64,000 bases of DNA from contig CAXXKA010000005.1 in the NCBI GenBank assembly GCA_963668625.2, positions 1-64,000 of the forward strand, read 5' to 3'. The notes beneath the pieces are model-generated. The model worked only from the letters and a program-made list of their open reading frames with translations. It ran no database searches and was not told the origin of the DNA. Made by a program: the position numbers and the translations under genes. Positions 61,043-64,000 of the stretch are shown here, one piece after another. Within the stretch, counting starts at the first letter, position 1. Each line of letters starts with the position of its first letter. This stretch comes from an uncultured candidate division Zixibacteria bacterium (GTDB lineage Bacteria; Zixibacteria; MSB-5A5; UBA10806; 4484-95).

Positions 61043-61510
61043 ATGGATACATTCATGCCAGTCGTTAACGAACATCGCTTGTTATGCATGGTTAGCGATT
61101 TTATTCAAACCGCCCGTTCCCAGTATTCGGCGCTGGAGGCGGTTGTCAGGTTATTGGCCTCCAACTACAAACATTTCAACTGGACCGGTATATACCTGCT
61201 TCAGGATGGCTTACTCAGGCTCGGGCCGTACCAGGGCGATCCGTCTCCTCACGATGTTATCCCCATCGAGCGCGGTATATGCGGCGCGGCGGTACGCGAG
61301 GGCAAGACTATCGTCGTCCCCGATGTCAACTCCGATGATCGCTACCTGGCCTGCTCGGTCAACACCCGCTCCGAGATCGTGGTACCGATCTGCAAGAACG
61401 GCCAGATTATCGGCGAGATCGATATCGACTCGGACAATCCCGATGCTTTCGGTGAGTACGACCGCAAGGTATTGGAGCAGGTAGCCGAGAGGCTCGCCGA
61501 GCTATTCTAA
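61043..61510 (+). CDS. msrC: GAF-domain protein, free methionine-(R)-sulfoxide reductase-like
   Basis: NWTGIY, LGPYQG, GICG, YLAC..SEIVVP and EIDIDS motifs. Confidence 0.75.
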   Translation: MDTFMPVVNEHRLLCMVSDFIQTARSQYSALEAVVRLLASNYKHFNWTGIYLLQDGLLRLGPYQGDPSPHDVIPIERGICGAAVREGKTIVVPDVNSDDRYLACSVNTRSEIVVPICKNGQIIGEIDIDSDNPDAFGEYDRKVLEQVAERLAELF

Positions 61511-61722
61511 AAGACTCATTCGGAACTTTCCGGCCTACCCACAATACTAATAAGTAAGGCAGTTCCGGTTTTATGCTTTCGTTTTGGATTTGCGGTTTTC
61601 AGGCATCCCCGCCTCTATCTTGGTGGTCTTGAATTTGAGATGTATAGGGTAGAATAAGATTTATAAGATTTATGGTCGGCTAAATACTTTACTTAATAAA
61701 ATATGAATTGGATGATAGTGTT

Positions 61723-63345
61723 ATGGACTATAAGAATGGCAGAAGGGCATTAATTGCAGATAATGAGATTAGAAAGTTAGGTAAAAAGGCTGAAGGAACT
61801 GTTACCGAAACAGAATTGAAAGAAGTATTGCGAAAGTATAACCTTCGTGATGGATTAATTTGTTTGGGGCAAATGTCAGTACAAGTTTTTAATGACCAAA
61901 GTATAAACAGAATTGGAAATGGAGCACTAAGTGATCCAGCAACAGGTATTATTATAACACAGTTTGCACTCGCTTACTTAGCAAATATTATGATTATTTC
62001 CGGTGCTAATGATTTTAAGGCAAAACTTATTAGCAATAAAGATAATTTGTTGGCATTGTTAAATATCTATAGTAATGGTTTAGAATTTCTTGAAACAAAT
62101 AATTATAATAAAACACCAACTGCAGAAAAAGAAATTATTTCTATTTTTGTGAGAATGAGTGGCGAACAATTAGAATATCAGTTTAATTATGTGCACCTAA
62201 TTTCAAGAACACTTATAGTATTTAATGAAATCGTTAAAGAGGTTGTTCCAGATAAATTTGATAAGCTGGAAAATATTTTTAAAACTGAAACTGGCTTAGC
62301 ATTAAATGAATATTTTACTTTAGCAATGGCTGTTTCGGCTGTATCACAAAAGACAGCTACTTTTCGCAAGGAATATTTAACAGAGGCAAATATCCCATCA
62401 ATACAGGAAATATTAAATAATTCAAAAGTAGATAGCTTTTTAAATATGCTGGCAATAGATTATAAAGGTTTTAGGGAGGACGATAAGAATAATAACGTTA
62501 ATCTTCATCCTATTTTTACAAAAACTAGATTTAATCCGCTCGTATTTTATCCAATAGTAAAAACAGATAAAAAAATGGAAGAACCATATGTGATACCAAG
62601 TACTATTACCTATTTAAAGAGGGCATATGGTGGATTGTACTGGTGGTTTCATCGTTATTTCGAGGCAAAAGGCATGCAACTAGATTTTCGAAACTACTAT
62701 GGTAAAGTATTTGAAAACTACGTAGGGCGTATTTTAAAAGGAATATATGGAAAAGAGAATGTCCATCCAGAAATAATATATCCAAAAGGTAAATTCATTG
62801 ATTGGTGGGTTGAGAATAATTCTACTATTTATCTTTTTGAGGCTAAGGCTTATCAATTTGCTCTTCCCACAAAGCAGACTGGTGATATTATGCTTATTGA
62901 AAATGAAGTAAAAACTAAGATGATTAAAGCTGTAAAGCAAGTTTATAAAAGAGTCTTGGATATTGAAAAGTACAAAGAATTGGCAGTTTTTAGAAATAAA
63001 AAGATAATACCTATAGTAGTGTTTTTTGAGATACCTTTAGTATCAGCTCATCTATATAAGGAGTTATTAGATGAAGAGTTGCAGAAACTTGAAGACGAGG
63101 GATTAGTAAATATTAAAAATCAAGAAATCTATTTTATTAATATAGAAGAATTAGAATTATATGCTGGAGCAGTTCATAAAGTATCAATTGAAGATGTATT
63201 TGCAAAATACGATAATAATATTAAGGAAGATTTTTTATCTATAATTAGTAAGGAATTAGGTAGGCTTCCTATAAATGAATACCTTGATAAAGTTTACAAT
63301 GATTTTCAGACAGAGATTACTGGAAAAACGCAGCAAGAATATTAA
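61723..63345 (+). CDS. AT-rich hypothetical protein with C-terminal PD-(D/E)XK nuclease-like motif
   Basis: GKVFENYV...E...IDWW...YLFEAK pattern; codon usage visibly more AT-rich than flanking genes. Confidence 0.6.
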   Translation: MDYKNGRRALIADNEIRKLGKKAEGTVTETELKEVLRKYNLRDGLICLGQMSVQVFNDQSINRIGNGALSDPATGIIITQFALAYLANIMIISGANDFKAKLISNKDNLLALLNIYSNGLEFLETNNYNKTPTAEKEIISIFVRMSGEQLEYQFNYVHLISRTLIVFNEIVKEVVPDKFDKLENIFKTETGLALNEYFTLAMAVSAVSQKTATFRKEYLTEANIPSIQEILNNSKVDSFLNMLAIDYKGFREDDKNNNVNLHPIFTKTRFNPLVFYPIVKTDKKMEEPYVIPSTITYLKRAYGGLYWWFHRYFEAKGMQLDFRNYYGKVFENYVGRILKGIYGKENVHPEIIYPKGKFIDWWVENNSTIYLFEAKAYQFALPTKQTGDIMLIENEVKTKMIKAVKQVYKRVLDIEKYKELAVFRNKKIIPIVVFFEIPLVSAHLYKELLDEELQKLEDEGLVNIKNQEIYFINIEELELYAGAVHKVSIEDVFAKYDNNIKEDFLSIISKELGRLPINEYLDKVYNDFQTEITGKTQQEY

Positions 63346-63490
63346 CTCATAAAGCGAATGACAGATGAGAACATCCGCCGCTTATATAAAAAAAGGCGTT
63401 CACCAGAACGCCTTCAAATCATCGTGGCTGGCAGAAGTTTCCGCCTGCTGCTTAGAGACAGCGAGGTTAAATGGCGTAGTAAAGGGGCAG

Positions 63491-64000
63491 ATGAGGTTAT
63501 TTACCATCTTAGAACAATAATTTTAATAATATTACATAATTGCTTGACAAAATAGAATACCCTAGCGCATATTACAGCATATTGGAGCAGGCAGTTTAGG
63601 AGCAGGTTACTTTTACTTCCCCGGAGAACAAATACTTGTATGTGAAGAACAGCCGGTACTCTCGGAAAATTGCTGGCTTGAGGATGTATTATCTTGGCCG
63701 CCAAGGATTTTAATAACGAATGTCGATGTAGTATGGCCTGATGGTCGAGAGTATGAACATACAAGTTTATACGGTTGCGGGTGTATAATAGGGGAAGACT
63801 ACCAGGATACTGTACGTAAAATAAACGGACTTGGTTATATAAGGTTTATAAATAGTGGCTTTCCATATTTCTGGCCTGTTTGTGAAGGTTATATTATTTA
63901 TGATACTTATGCATTTACCTGTATGAGAACCCCATGCCAGGGCGGTGGAGGTGCATTTGAGCCAAAACAATCGATAGCTTTTACTGATTCATTATATAAT
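63491..64000 (+). pseudogene. Possible degraded or frameshifted gene running off the window end
   Basis: Frame 63566-64000 has no stop (…GYFYFPGEQILVCEE…FTDSLYN). Upstream AAGGGG-ATG 63491 (MRLFTIL) stops early. Confidence 0.3.

Overview
64 kb of bacterial chromosome, most likely an FCB-group lineage such as candidate Zixibacteria. This is inferred from secreted proteins ending either in a T9SS-type 'NYPNPFN...' C-terminal domain or in a Cys-containing dockerin-like module. From the left, the window holds: (1) an operon encoding a 5'-truncated giant (>2440 aa) beta-rich/helical/FN3 protein, a frameshifted multi-FN3 protein, a TPR protein and an outer-membrane beta-barrel; (2) three tandem paralogous propeller-like T9SS cargo genes, an OPT transporter, an FG-GAP protein and a FabL-like SDR; (3) a complete IS1111-type IS110 element whose long right end carries short matches to its own target and donor junctions (candidate bridge/seek RNA); (4) a MacAB-type ABC operon and a C25 peptidase; (5) an AT-rich LRR-Roc-COR gene with seven near-identical 69-bp repeats beside tRNA-Leu(CAA); (6) split MetE and two copies of a ~255-bp MITE with 9-bp target duplications; (7) dockerin-tagged ASST and M14 enzymes; (8) a sigma54 two-component cascade with a clear -24/-12 promoter ahead of a degenerate GGDEF gene; (9) YitJ, a UroD/MtaA-family gene, MsrC and an AT-rich PD-(D/E)XK-like orphan. 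All calls come from reading the sequence; no database searches were run.
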